Shown: in pieces, positions 11,719 to 20,785 of the stretch
How positions within the stretch are numbered: the stretch's first letter is position 1
Layout of the letters: each line of letters opens with the position of its first letter
From: Acidimicrobiia bacterium
GTDB taxonomy: Bacteria > Actinomycetota > Acidimicrobiia > Spongiisociales > UBA5794
Direction of reading: 5' to 3'
Length of the DNA stretch: 30,107 nucleotides
Assembly: GCA_013695075.1 (NCBI GenBank)
Contig: JACDBE010000061.1
Location: forward strand, 1 to 30,107
The notes under the pieces: model-generated
What the model was told of the DNA's origin: nothing
The model's input: only the letters and a program-made list of their open reading frames with translations
Databases searched by the model: none
Program-made: the position numbers and the translations under genes

Positions 11719-12915
11719 TCAAGACGAGCGGGCTATCAGCTTCTGGAGGCGGGTGATGCCTTCTACCAGGTCGTCGTCGCCTAAGGCGTACGACAGGCGG
11801 AGGTGGCCCGGTGCTCCGAATGCTTCGCCCGGGACGACGGCGATCTCGATCTCGTCGAGCAGTACCGCCGCCAGCTGCAGGGAGGTGCGCGGGGTGGACT
11901 CACCGATCCGTCGGTCAAGCAGCCCGGCCACCGAGGGGAATGCGTAGAAGGCACCGAAGGGTTCCGGGCAGGTCACCCCGGGGATCTCGTTGAGCATGCG
12001 ATGCATGGTGCGGCGCCGCCGATCGAATGCGGTGCGCATCTCGGCGACGGTGTCGAGCGGCCCGGACACCGCCGCCAGCGCCGCCGCCTGGCTGACGTTG
12101 GCCACGTTGGAGGTGAGGTGGGACTGCAGGGTGATGGCTGAGGTGGCGATCGCCGCCGGAGCGATGAGCCACCCCACCCGCCACCCGGTCATGGCGTAGG
12201 TCTTGGCGACGCCGTTGACAACGACGCACCACTCCTCCGCCTCGGGGACGACCACCGGCAGCGACGATGCCTCCACACCGTAGACCAAGTGCTCGTAGAT
12301 CTCGTCGGTCAGTACCCAGATACCGTGCTCTACGGCCCAGCGTCCGATGGCCTCCACCTCCTCGGCGGGGTACACCGCCCCGGTCGGGTTGGATGGCGAC
12401 ACGTGGATGAGCATCCTGGTGTGCTCAGTCCGCACCGCCTCCAACTGGTCGACGGTGACCCGATAGCCGGTGGCGTGGTCGGTGGCGATGGGGACCGGCA
12501 CCGCGTCGGCCAGCCGCACCGCCTCCGGGTAGGACACCCAGTACGGCGCCGGGAGCAGTACCTGGTCGCCGGGATCGAGCAGCACCTGGCAGGCGGTGTA
12601 GACGGCGTGCTTGCCGCCGTTGGTGACCACCACCTGCGACGGGGTCACCGCCAGACCCGAGTCGCGCGCTGTCTTGGCGGCGATGGCCGAGCGCAGTTCG
12701 GGCAGGCCTCCGGTGGGGGTGTAGCGGTGAAAGCGCGGGTCGAGGGCCGCCTCCCGGGCCGCCTCGACAATGGCCGGTGGGGTGGGGAAGTCCGGTTCAC
12801 CTGCCCCGAACCCGATGACCGGTCGCCCAGAGGCCCGCAGCTCCTTGGCCCGGGCGGTGATGGCGACCGTCGCCGACTCCTCCAGAGCGGCGACCCGGCG
12901 GGAGACCTCGCTCAT
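11719..12915 (-). CDS. PLP-dependent class I aminotransferase (aspartate aminotransferase-like)
   Basis: [41 protein letters not shown] (PLP Lys), GAFYAF, LRLSYA; TATGGT 6 nt before ATG 12915. Confidence 0.93.
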   Translation of the reverse strand: MSEVSRRVAALEESATVAITARAKELRASGRPVIGFGAGEPDFPTPPAIVEAAREAALDPRFHRYTPTGGLPELRSAIAAKTARDSGLAVTPSQVVVTNGGKHAVYTACQVLLDPGDQVLLPAPYWVSYPEAVRLADAVPVPIATDHATGYRVTVDQLEAVRTEHTRMLIHVSPSNPTGAVYPAEEVEAIGRWAVEHGIWVLTDEIYEHLVYGVEASSLPVVVPEAEEWCVVVNGVAKTYAMTGWRVGWLIAPAAIATSAITLQSHLTSNVANVSQAAALAAVSGPLDTVAEMRTAFDRRRRTMHRMLNEIPGVTCPEPFGAFYAFPSVAGLLDRRIGESTPRTSLQLAAVLLDEIEIAVVPGEAFGAPGHLRLSYALGDDDLVEGITRLQKLIARSS

Positions 12916-13009
12916 GACCGCACCATACTCGTGGCGCTGCCTGGCTCTGCGGCCCCCCGGGGTAGCCTGGCAGTAGCTACCGAACGCCCGACCCGCCATC
13001 GAAGGAACC

Positions 13010-14128
13010 ATGTCCGACATCCCTGCCATCGCCCTGCCCGACCATCTGATCCCCGCCGACGGCAGGTTCGGCTCAGGCCCGTCGAAGGTTGACACCGCCG
13101 CCCTTGACGCGCTGGCCGCTACCGGCAGCGGTTTCATGGGGACGAGCCACCGCCAGGAGACGGTGCGATCGATGGTGGGGATCATCCGCCTAGGTCTCAC
13201 CGAGCTGTACGGGCTCGATGACGGCTATGAGGTGGTCCTCGGTGTCGGCGGCGCCACCGCCTTCTGGGACTGTGCCTCGTTCGGGTTGATCCAACGGCGC
13301 AGCCAGCATCTCGTCTTCGGGGAGTTCTCCTCCAAGTTTGCCGCCGTCACCACCGCCGCCCCCCATCTCGACGACGCGGATGTCATCGTCGCCGAGCCGG
13401 GCACCCACCCCCAGCCGCGGCCCACCGCCGACGTCGACGCATACGCCTTTACCCACAACGAGACTTCGACCGGGGTCACCATGCCCATAATCCGGCCAGA
13501 CGGAGAAGGGCTGGTGCTGGTCGATGCCACCTCGGCGGCGGGGGCCATCGACGTGGATCCGGCGCAATTCGACGTGTACTACTTCTCGCCGCAAAAGGCC
13601 TTCGGGTCCGAGGGTGGGCTGTGGGTGGCGCTGTGCTCGGCGGCCGCCATCGAGCGCATCGGCAGCATCGGGGCGTCCGGGCGCTGGATGCCGGCCTTCC
13701 TCAGCCTGCCGCTGGCCGTGGCCAACTCACAGCTCAACCAGACCTACAACACCCCGGCGCTGGCCACGCTGTTCCTGCTGGCCCGGCAGGTGGAGCGCAT
13801 GCTCGATGCTGGCGGGCTGGCATGGGGCATCGACCGCTCGCAGCGCTCCTCTTCAACAATCTACCGGTGGGCCGAGGCCAGCGACTACGCCCAAGCGTTC
13901 GTCACCGATCCGGCGATGCGTAGCCCCACCGTGGTCACCATCGACCTCGATCCATCGGTGTCCGCCGACACCGTCGAGGCGGTGCTGCGAGCCAACGGCA
14001 TCGTCGACACCTTCGGCTACCGCAAGCTGGGACGCAACCAGCTGCGGCTGTCTTGCTTTCCCAACATCGACCCCGATGACGTGGCCACGCTCACCGCCGC
14101 CATCGACCACGTCGTCGCCAAGTTGTGA
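13010..14128 (+). CDS. serC: Phosphoserine aminotransferase, actinobacterial type
   Basis: [66 protein letters not shown]; GAAGGA SD. Confidence 0.95.
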   Translation: MSDIPAIALPDHLIPADGRFGSGPSKVDTAALDALAATGSGFMGTSHRQETVRSMVGIIRLGLTELYGLDDGYEVVLGVGGATAFWDCASFGLIQRRSQHLVFGEFSSKFAAVTTAAPHLDDADVIVAEPGTHPQPRPTADVDAYAFTHNETSTGVTMPIIRPDGEGLVLVDATSAAGAIDVDPAQFDVYYFSPQKAFGSEGGLWVALCSAAAIERIGSIGASGRWMPAFLSLPLAVANSQLNQTYNTPALATLFLLARQVERMLDAGGLAWGIDRSQRSSSTIYRWAEASDYAQAFVTDPAMRSPTVVTIDLDPSVSADTVEAVLRANGIVDTFGYRKLGRNQLRLSCFPNIDPDDVATLTAAIDHVVAKL

Positions 14129-14129
14129 C

Positions 14130-14540
14130 TCAGCAGCCTAAGGAGGCCACCGCCTCGTCGTAGCGAGCCTGCAGGTCGGCACCAACGTCCGACAGCGCCT
14201 CGGCGATCTCATCGGCCCCGGCCGCCTCCCCCAACTCGCTGAGGGTGCGGCGGTAGGCGTTCTGGGCCCGCTCCAGCTGGGCCAGGGTGTCGTCGTCGAG
14301 CGCCTCACGTACGTTGTCGCCCAGGCCGGCCATATCTTCGGCCATGGCGCTGCCCGCCTCCTGGATCTCGTCGACAGTTCCTCCCGGCTCGGTCAGCGTC
14401 GCCAACGATCCCGCCATACGGTCAAGGGTCGTACAGGCCTGAGCGGTGGCATCTTCGACGCTGAGATCGCCACCACCGCACGCCCCCAGGGCTATGGAGG
14501 CGACGGCGACGAGGAAGAAGCGGCGGGTTCGGATGGTCAT
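14130..14540 (-). CDS. Small hypothetical helical lipoprotein
   Basis: MTIRTRRFFLVAVASIALGAC signal and lipobox; acidic helical body with two further Cys. Confidence 0.7.
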   Translation of the reverse strand: MTIRTRRFFLVAVASIALGACGGGDLSVEDATAQACTTLDRMAGSLATLTEPGGTVDEIQEAGSAMAEDMAGLGDNVREALDDDTLAQLERAQNAYRRTLSELGEAAGADEIAEALSDVGADLQARYDEAVASLGC

Positions 14541-14610
14541 GCGAGCTCCCCAATGAACGGTGGAGTCCCCGTGGCCGGGGACGGCCAAGGGAGGCTACCG
14601 CCGCCGGAAA

Positions 14611-14651
14611 CCAACCAATTCACCTGACACAAGTGTCCGCAGCGAGGGTTG
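14611..14651 (-). repeat. Possible diverged relative of the 51-bp dispersed element
   Basis: CAACC...GGTTG termini, internal GACAC-AA-GTGTC palindrome; reverse strand has GTGTCAGGTGA versus GTGTCAGGGTGA in the 28407 copy. The match is weak. Confidence 0.3.
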
Positions 14652-14710
14652 TCTTCTCCGTTGGGTCGGTAGCGGCCGTATTCACGGAGTATGTTATGCT
14701 GCCGCAGAGT

Positions 14711-14944
14711 ATGGGAGTTCTTCTTCAGATTCGTGACCTTCCGGAGGAAGTGCACCGCGTCCTCAAATCCCGGGCTGCCGCCTCCGGGACCACACTTACC
14801 CAGTATGTCCGCTCGCTCCTGACCCGATCGGCCTACCGACCCACCCCTGAGGAACTCTCCGCTCGCATTCACACCCGTGGGACCGTTCGTTTGGACGAGG
14901 CGAGCCAGCAGTCGGTGCGCCATCTCCGTGACCACGGAGAGTGA
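14711..14944 (+). CDS. FitA/VapB-like ribbon-helix-helix antitoxin
   Basis: 77 aa, LQIRDLPEEVHRVLKSRAAASGTTLTQYVRSLL; stop overlaps the PIN gene start (GTGA). Confidence 0.85.
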   Translation: MGVLLQIRDLPEEVHRVLKSRAAASGTTLTQYVRSLLTRSAYRPTPEELSARIHTRGTVRLDEASQQSVRHLRDHGE

Positions 14945-15357
14945 CCGTCCTCGACACGTCAGGGGTGGTCGACTTCCTTGTGGGCGAGAAGGCGTCGGGA
15001 CAGGTGGATCGGCTCCTCAGACAGGAAGGAACCGTCGCCGCACCAGACCTGGTTGTCTTCGAGGCAGTCGCCGTCCTGCGCCGTCAGGTGCAACGGCGGT
15101 CGATGGGGGCCGAACGAGCCGGCGGGGCCATCGAGGACCTGGGCGACTTCCCGCTCGAGTTGTTCCCCGCGCTGCCCCTGCGTGATCGTGCCTGGGCGCT
15201 GCGCGACAACTTCACCGCCGCGGACGCCTTCTTCGTTGCCCTCGCCGAGCGACTCGATGAGCCCCTCGCTACCAAAGACCGGGGCCTCGCCTCAGCAGCA
15301 CGCAGCCTCACGGGCATTCAGGTCATCGTCCTCGGGAGCGATTCCGTCGATGGGTGA
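14941..15357 (+). CDS. vapC: PIN-domain VapC toxin
   Basis: VLDTS, APDLVVFEA, AADAFFVALAE and LATKD supply the four conserved acidic positions. Confidence 0.92.
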   Translation: MTVLDTSGVVDFLVGEKASGQVDRLLRQEGTVAAPDLVVFEAVAVLRRQVQRRSMGAERAGGAIEDLGDFPLELFPALPLRDRAWALRDNFTAADAFFVALAERLDEPLATKDRGLASAARSLTGIQVIVLGSDSVDG

Positions 15358-15505
15358 CCGTCCTTGCCCGCCCGCGTTCAGGCGGCGCTGGTCCAGATGC
15401 TGTAGCCCAGGCCGATCAGACCCACCCCGAGGATGAGGACGACAGGCGTTTGGCCAAGGGCTCGATCGAGGTGAGACGCCTGAACCTGTGGTCGACGTAG
15501 GCTCG

Positions 15506-15820
15506 TCAGTCGCAGCCAACGGCGATGTTCAATGCCTGGCACACCTCGTCCATCCTTCCGGCGGTGAGGGTGGTGACCTCGTCGGTGAGCATTGCCTTCC
15601 AAGCTTCACCCAGATTGTCGAGGCTGACAACGCACCGGGCTGGCATGCCGTCCTCCACGTCGAGTACCACCTCGCTGGGGATGCCGCGCACCGTCCGTGA
15701 GATGGAGGCGATGGTGACCCGCTTCAGTACGGGGATTGCGCGGTCGCGGGAGAGCACCAACACCGGTCGCCGTCCCCACTCCGGATGCTCCAGGTAGTAG
15801 ATGCCACCACGGCTCACCAT
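15506..15820 (-). CDS. mazF: MazF/PemK family endoribonuclease toxin
   Basis: RGGIYY, RRPVLVLSRD, ISRTVRGIPSEV, SLDNL, MDEVCQALNIAVG; start (ATG 15820 or GTG 15817) overlaps the antitoxin stop. Confidence 0.9.
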   Translation of the reverse strand: MVSRGGIYYLEHPEWGRRPVLVLSRDRAIPVLKRVTIASISRTVRGIPSEVVLDVEDGMPARCVVSLDNLGEAWKAMLTDEVTTLTAGRMDEVCQALNIAVGCD

Positions 15821-16116
15821 GGGTCCGCCTCGGCGTCCTCCTGGTCGAGGTGGCGCATCTGCTCGACCGTCAGCCCGGTCACCCAGGCACCCAGGTCGCC
15901 CCACTCGTCGACGTCGTGCGCGCCGCCCTGAGGCATCCGGGTGTAACCGTCGATGATCTTCTGGTCGATGGTGGATTCACGGTCCGACGCTAGGTAGGCC
16001 TCGATCGCCTCTCGGATCAGGTGCGAGCGGGAAACGCCGGTGCGGGAGGCACGTTCGTCGAGCCGCCTGACCAGCCCGTCATTGAGTTGGACCATCGTCT
16101 GGGTACGAACACTCAT
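15814..16116 (-). CDS. CopG/RHH antitoxin partner of MazF
   Basis: TQTMVQLNDGLVRRLDERASRTGVSRSHLIREAIEAYL RHH, then an acidic tail; TATCAT 6 nt before ATG 16116 (track start 16122). Confidence 0.87.
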   Translation of the reverse strand: MSVRTQTMVQLNDGLVRRLDERASRTGVSRSHLIREAIEAYLASDRESTIDQKIIDGYTRMPQGGAHDVDEWGDLGAWVTGLTVEQMRHLDQEDAEADPW

Positions 16117-16127
16117 TGGCATATGAT

Positions 16128-16139
16128 AGCCCTAGGGCT
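16128..16139. promoter_or_regulatory. Perfect 12-bp palindrome AGCCCTAGGGCT at the -10 of the RHH-mazF operon; candidate operator
   Basis: Self-complementary; shares base 16128 with the minus-strand TATCAT hexamer. Confidence 0.5.
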
Positions 16140-16187
16140 CTACACCCCCGGGACTTCGGATCCCAGGAGTCCACGTAGGCTCGGTTG

Positions 16188-16853
16188 ATGCCATTGCCAA
16201 CCATCCCCTATCGACCACCCCGGTTGCCCGAGGACGAGATGCGTCGGCGCGGAGGGGACTTTCTTGCCGAGATGGACCGCCGTCGCAGCGTGCGGATGTT
16301 CAGCACCGACCCGGTGCCGCGGGACCTGGTGGAGCTGGCGGTGCGCACCGCTTCCACCGCCCCCTCGGGTGCCCACATGCAACCGTGGACCTTCGTGATC
16401 AGCGGGAAGCCGGAGGTGAAGCGACGCATCCGGCTCGCTGCCGAGGAAGAGGAGCGGATCAACTACCAGGGTGGGCGGTTACCGGCGCATTGGCGAGCGG
16501 CCCTGGAGCCGCTCGGTACCGACTGGCACAAGCCATACCTGGAGACGGTGCCCTGGATCGTGGTCCTGTTCGAGCAGCGCTACCGGGTGGGGGCCGACGG
16601 TGTCCGACGGCACCACTACTACGTGAAGGAGAGCGTCGGCATCGCCGCCGGGCTGTTCCTCGCCGCCATCCACCACATGGGGCTGGCCACCCTCACCCAC
16701 ACCCCGAGCCCGATGGCGTTCCTCACCGGGCTACTGCGCCGGCCCGAGAACGAGCGGCCCATGTGCCTGTTCCCGATCGGGTATCCGGCGGCCGACTGCA
16801 TGGTCCCCGACCTGGCCCGTAAACCCCTGTCGGAGGTCATGGTCGAGGTGTGA
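16188..16853 (+). CDS. iyd: Iodotyrosine deiodinase-like nitroreductase-superfamily flavoprotein
   Basis: RRSVRMF, APSGAHMQPW, AAEEEERINY, LGTDWHKPYL, HHYYVKESVGIAAG, LTHTPSPM, PDLARKPLSEVMV; TAGGCT 6 nt before ATG 16188. Confidence 0.88.
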   Translation: MPLPTIPYRPPRLPEDEMRRRGGDFLAEMDRRRSVRMFSTDPVPRDLVELAVRTASTAPSGAHMQPWTFVISGKPEVKRRIRLAAEEEERINYQGGRLPAHWRAALEPLGTDWHKPYLETVPWIVVLFEQRYRVGADGVRRHHYYVKESVGIAAGLFLAAIHHMGLATLTHTPSPMAFLTGLLRRPENERPMCLFPIGYPAADCMVPDLARKPLSEVMVEV

Positions 16854-16905
16854 CTTCGATCCGACAGCCCAGTGGGCGCCGGTAGCCTCCGCCGATGGAG
16901 AACGG

Positions 16906-17403
16906 GTGAAGCAACTCCTGGTGATGCGCCACGGCAAGTCGGACTGGTCCGCCGGCGGCACCGCCGACCACGACCGTCCCCTCAACCGGCGGGGGGTGGC
17001 GTCGGCGAAGACGATGGGTGAAGTCCTCACCGCCGCCGGGCTCCAACCCGACCTGGTGATCACCTCGAGCGCCCGCCGAGCCCGCACCACCGCCCAGCTG
17101 GTCGCCGAGGCAGGAGGCTGGTCGGCTCCGATCACCGCAGACGACCGCCTGTACTACTGCCACGTCGCCGATGTGCTCGCCGTCATCGGCGAGACACCCG
17201 ATGCGGTGCAACGGCTGATGGTGGTGGGGCACCAACCCATCTGGGGGGCGTTGGTGGCACATCTCACCGGGGCTTCGACGGCGATGCGCACCGCCGCCGT
17301 GGCCGTCATCGACCTGATGCTGGGGGCATCGTGGGCCAACGACGGCGACGTCTCCGGCGAGCTGGTGGCCCTGCTACAGCCTCGCCACTTCGCCGCAGGC
17401 TGA
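16906..17403 (+). CDS. sixA: SixA-like histidine phosphatase
   Basis: LLVMRHGKS (RHG), DHDRPLNRRG, SSARRARTT, VVGHQP. Start ambiguous; see the finding at 16883. Confidence 0.85.
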   Translation: MKQLLVMRHGKSDWSAGGTADHDRPLNRRGVASAKTMGEVLTAAGLQPDLVITSSARRARTTAQLVAEAGGWSAPITADDRLYYCHVADVLAVIGETPDAVQRLMVVGHQPIWGALVAHLTGASTAMRTAAVAVIDLMLGASWANDGDVSGELVALLQPRHFAAG

Positions 17404-17450
17404 CCTCACCAGGACGTCGCCGGAACGGCGCAAAACCTAGACTGGACCCA

Positions 17451-17900
17451 GTGAGCGACAACAACATTGAATCTATGGGCTGGGTCGGCAATGTCGAGGA
17501 GGCCACCGTCGACAACACCGACTTTCGCCGTGTCCTGTTCACCGGGGCCAACGTGCAGCTGACGGTGATGTCGCTGGCGCCAGGGGAGAACATCGGGTGG
17601 GAGATGCACGAGCACCTCGACCAGTTCCTCCGCATCGAATCCGGGACGGCCGCCCTGCGACTGGGCCGCACCGGCGACGCCGTCGACGAGGAGCACGACC
17701 TGTCCGATGACTGGGCGATGGTGGTCCCCGGTGGAACGTGGCACGACGTGGTGAACACCGGACAGGCTCATCTAAAGCTGTACTCCATCTACGCACCGCC
17801 CGATCATCCGGACGGTACGGTGCATCGCACCAAGGCCGACGCCGAGGCCGACGAACAGGACCAGCCCGACCACCATGGCGAGGATCCGGCCGGCGACTGA
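17451..17900 (+). CDS. Cupin domain protein
   Basis: NTDFRRVLFTG, MSLAPGENIGWEMHEHLDQFLRIESG, VPGGTWHDVVN, KLYSIYAPPDHP; start GTG 17451 (TAGACT 7 nt upstream) or ATG 17475. Confidence 0.85.
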   Translation: MSDNNIESMGWVGNVEEATVDNTDFRRVLFTGANVQLTVMSLAPGENIGWEMHEHLDQFLRIESGTAALRLGRTGDAVDEEHDLSDDWAMVVPGGTWHDVVNTGQAHLKLYSIYAPPDHPDGTVHRTKADAEADEQDQPDHHGEDPAGD

Positions 17901-18022
17901 CCGGAGGGCGATGCCAGCGGCCTGCCGCACTTGAGGCCGGGGCAGCCATGTCGTAGTGAGCGGTCCACCGCTGGCCGCCGGCGACGTACCATCCCCGCAG
18001 CGGCGACGAACGGTCGAGGGAC

Positions 18023-19642
18023 ATGGGAAAGATCCACGGAGGGCGGCTAGTGGCCCGGGCGCTGCGGGCCGAAGGGGTCGACGCCCTGTTCACCCTCACC
18101 GGTGGGCACATCGTGCCGCTGCTCGACGGCTGTGTCGAGGAGGGGATACGGATCGTCGACGTCCGTCACGAGGAGACCGCAGGCCACGCCGCCGAGGCCT
18201 ACTCCCGGCTCACCGGCCGGCTGGGGGTGGCGGCGGTGACGGCGGCCCCGGGGGTCACCAACCTGGTCACGGCGGTGATGAACGCCTACCAGTCCTCGAC
18301 GCCGATGCTGGTCATCGGGGGCAGGCACCTCATCCGCCAGGAGCATGCCGGCGGGCTGCAGGAGATGAACCACCCCCCCATCTTCGCCTCGATCACCAAG
18401 CTGGCCACCACCGCCTGGGAGACGTCCCGGCTGGCCGACTACATCGCCATCGCCGCCCGCCACGCCTTTTCCGGGCGGGGTGGCCCGGTGTTCCTCGACA
18501 TCCCGCTCGATGTGCAATCGGGTCTGGTCGACGACGGCACCCCGTTGCCCACCGGGTACCGGGCCACCGAGCCCATCGGCGCCGACCAGCAGACCGTGGA
18601 CCGCATCGCCGCCGCCCTCGCCAGCGCGCAGCATCCGGTGATCTTCGCCGGTGGTGGGGTCCGGGGCGATGGGGCAACGGCACTGCTCACCGTCGCCGAG
18701 ATGTTCGACACCCCGGTGTTCCTCAACGCCGGGGCTCGCGGCGCAATGCCCGCCGGGCATCGGCTGCTGGGGAGCCTGACCCGCTCCCGGGCGTTCGCCG
18801 ATGCCGACGTGGTGCTCGCCCTCCAGGTCGACTGGGACTTCCGCACCGGGTACGGGCGCAAAATCGCCGACACCGCCACGGTCATCCAGGTGGACCCCGA
18901 GCCCACCAGGTTGGGATGGAACCGTCCCGCCCACCACGCCGTGGTGGCCGACCCGGGCCGGCTGCTGGCCCAGCTCGCCAAGTCGGACCGGAGCCGGGCT
19001 GCGAGCGGATGGGCCGAAGAGGTCGCCGCCGCCGAGGCGGAGGCCCGCACCGCCGCCGAGGCGGAGGCGGCCAGCGACGCAGTGCCCATCGCCCCGCAGC
19101 GCTTCGCCCGCGAGGTGGGCGCCTTCTTCGGTGAGGACGCCATCGTCGCCGTCGACGGCGGCGACATCGTGGCCACCACGGCACGGTGGATCACGGTGAC
19201 CAGCCCAGGCCACCTCCTCGAACCGGGTCCGGCCGGCACGCTGGGCACCGGCCCTGGATTCGCCCTGGCGGCCAAGGTGGTCGCCCCCGACCGGACGGTG
19301 GGGATCGTCTTCGGCGACGGCGGCTTCGGGTTCAACGGCTTCGAGTACGACACCTTCGTCCGCCACCGGCTCCCCATCATCGGGGTAATGGGCAACGACG
19401 GGGTGTGGAACAACATTAAGACCTTCCACCGCATGTTCTATCCCGACCGGGTGGTGGCCGCCGACCTGGGGCGACGCCCCTACCACGACGTCGTCACCGC
19501 TCTGGGGGGCCACGGCGAGCTGGTGGAGGAACCGGCGCAACTGCGACCGGCCCTCGACCGGGCCCGGGCCAGCGGCAGGCCGGCGCTGGTCAACGTCCAC
19601 ATCGCCGAGACCATGCGCGCCTCCAGCAACTACGCCGGGTGA
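18023..19642 (+). CDS. Thiamine-diphosphate enzyme, IlvG/2-hydroxyacyl-CoA lyase-like clade of the acetolactate synthase family
   Basis: FTLTGGHI, DVRHEETAGHAAEAY (catalytic Glu), GGLQEMNH, GTLGTGPGFA, FGDGGFGF...GNDGVWNN ThDP motif. Confidence 0.9.
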   Translation: MGKIHGGRLVARALRAEGVDALFTLTGGHIVPLLDGCVEEGIRIVDVRHEETAGHAAEAYSRLTGRLGVAAVTAAPGVTNLVTAVMNAYQSSTPMLVIGGRHLIRQEHAGGLQEMNHPPIFASITKLATTAWETSRLADYIAIAARHAFSGRGGPVFLDIPLDVQSGLVDDGTPLPTGYRATEPIGADQQTVDRIAAALASAQHPVIFAGGGVRGDGATALLTVAEMFDTPVFLNAGARGAMPAGHRLLGSLTRSRAFADADVVLALQVDWDFRTGYGRKIADTATVIQVDPEPTRLGWNRPAHHAVVADPGRLLAQLAKSDRSRAASGWAEEVAAAEAEARTAAEAEAASDAVPIAPQRFAREVGAFFGEDAIVAVDGGDIVATTARWITVTSPGHLLEPGPAGTLGTGPGFALAAKVVAPDRTVGIVFGDGGFGFNGFEYDTFVRHRLPIIGVMGNDGVWNNIKTFHRMFYPDRVVAADLGRRPYHDVVTALGGHGELVEEPAQLRPALDRARASGRPALVNVHIAETMRASSNYAG

Positions 19643-20700
19643 CGCCCATGCCCGATGACCGGCTGGTCGACCTCCGCTCGGACACCATCACCCGCCCCAC
19701 CGCCGACATGCGCCGGGTCATCGCCGAGGCCGAGGTAGGAGACGACGTCTACCACGACGACCCTTCGGTGCTCGCCCTGGAGCGGCGGGTGGCCGATCTG
19801 CTGGGCAAGGACGACGCCATGTATGTGCCGTCCGGGACCATGTCCAACCAGGTGGCCATCCGGGTCCACACCGAGCCGGGCGATGTGGTGCTCGCCGCCG
19901 TTGACGCCCACATCCACATCCACGAGATGGGGGCGCCTTACGCCCTCTCCGGGGTCACCATGCGGTTCCTCGACGGGCGTCGGGGGACCTTCGGCCCGAA
20001 GGCGGTGGCCGAGGCCGTGCCGCAGCCGTCTCCGGCGGTGCCCGCCTCCCTGTACCAGCCGATCACCCTGCTGTGCGTGGAGAACACCCACAATGCCGCC
20101 GGCGGCGCGGTGTGGCCACCCGACCAGCTCTCCGCAGTAGCCGCCGAGGGGCGGCGGCTGCGCATCTCCACCCACATGGACGGGGCTCGGTTGTGGAACG
20201 CCGCCGTCGCCTCGGGAACGAACGAGGCCGCGCTCGCCGCCGGGTACGACACCGTCAGCGTGTGCTTCTCCAAGGGGCTGGGCGCCCCCATGGGGTCGGC
20301 GCTGGTGGGCCGCCAGCACCTCATCGACCGGGGCCGCCGCTTCAAGCAGATGTTTGGCGGCGGTTTCCGCCAGGCCGGACTGATGGCGGCCGCCGCCCGC
20401 TACGCCGTTGACCACCACCGCGCCCGGCTGGCGGACGACCATGCCAACGCCGCCAGGCTCGCTGCCGGCATCGCCGAGACCCCCGGGCTGCTGATAGACA
20501 CCTCGGCGGTGGAGACCAACATGGTCTACTTCGACGTGCTCTCCATGCCCGCCGCCGAGTTCGTCGATCGGTGCTCCGCCCACGGGGTCATGGTGCTCCC
20601 CCATTCGATGTCGGGCGTCAGGGCGGTGACCAACCTGGAGGTGGACGCCCGCGACATAGACCGGGCCCTGGTGGTCATGGACAAGGTGGCATCGAGCTGA
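19639..20700 (+). CDS. ltaE: Low-specificity L-threonine aldolase
   Basis: DLRSDTITRPT, VGDDVY, PSGTMSNQ, VENTHN, HMDGARLWNA, CFSKGLGAPMGS (PLP Lys); GTGA overlap with the ThDP gene. Confidence 0.95.
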   Translation: MTPMPDDRLVDLRSDTITRPTADMRRVIAEAEVGDDVYHDDPSVLALERRVADLLGKDDAMYVPSGTMSNQVAIRVHTEPGDVVLAAVDAHIHIHEMGAPYALSGVTMRFLDGRRGTFGPKAVAEAVPQPSPAVPASLYQPITLLCVENTHNAAGGAVWPPDQLSAVAAEGRRLRISTHMDGARLWNAAVASGTNEAALAAGYDTVSVCFSKGLGAPMGSALVGRQHLIDRGRRFKQMFGGGFRQAGLMAAAARYAVDHHRARLADDHANAARLAAGIAETPGLLIDTSAVETNMVYFDVLSMPAAEFVDRCSAHGVMVLPHSMSGVRAVTNLEVDARDIDRALVVMDKVASS

Positions 20701-20785
20701 ACCGCCGGGGGTGACGCCGGAGCCGGGCGACTCGGAGCCCCAGATGACGCCGTCGACCGGGCGATTGGCGTGCCTGGGCTACTCG

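Noticed and set aside
14687-14713. GAGTATG repeated at 20-bp spacing upstream of the VapB-like gene
   Set aside because: Only 7 bp and the second copy includes the start codon; too weak to call an operator.
14589-16184. TA block as a prophage, integron or transposon
   Set aside because: No integrase, transposase, tRNA, attC-like array or flanking direct repeat that I can see.
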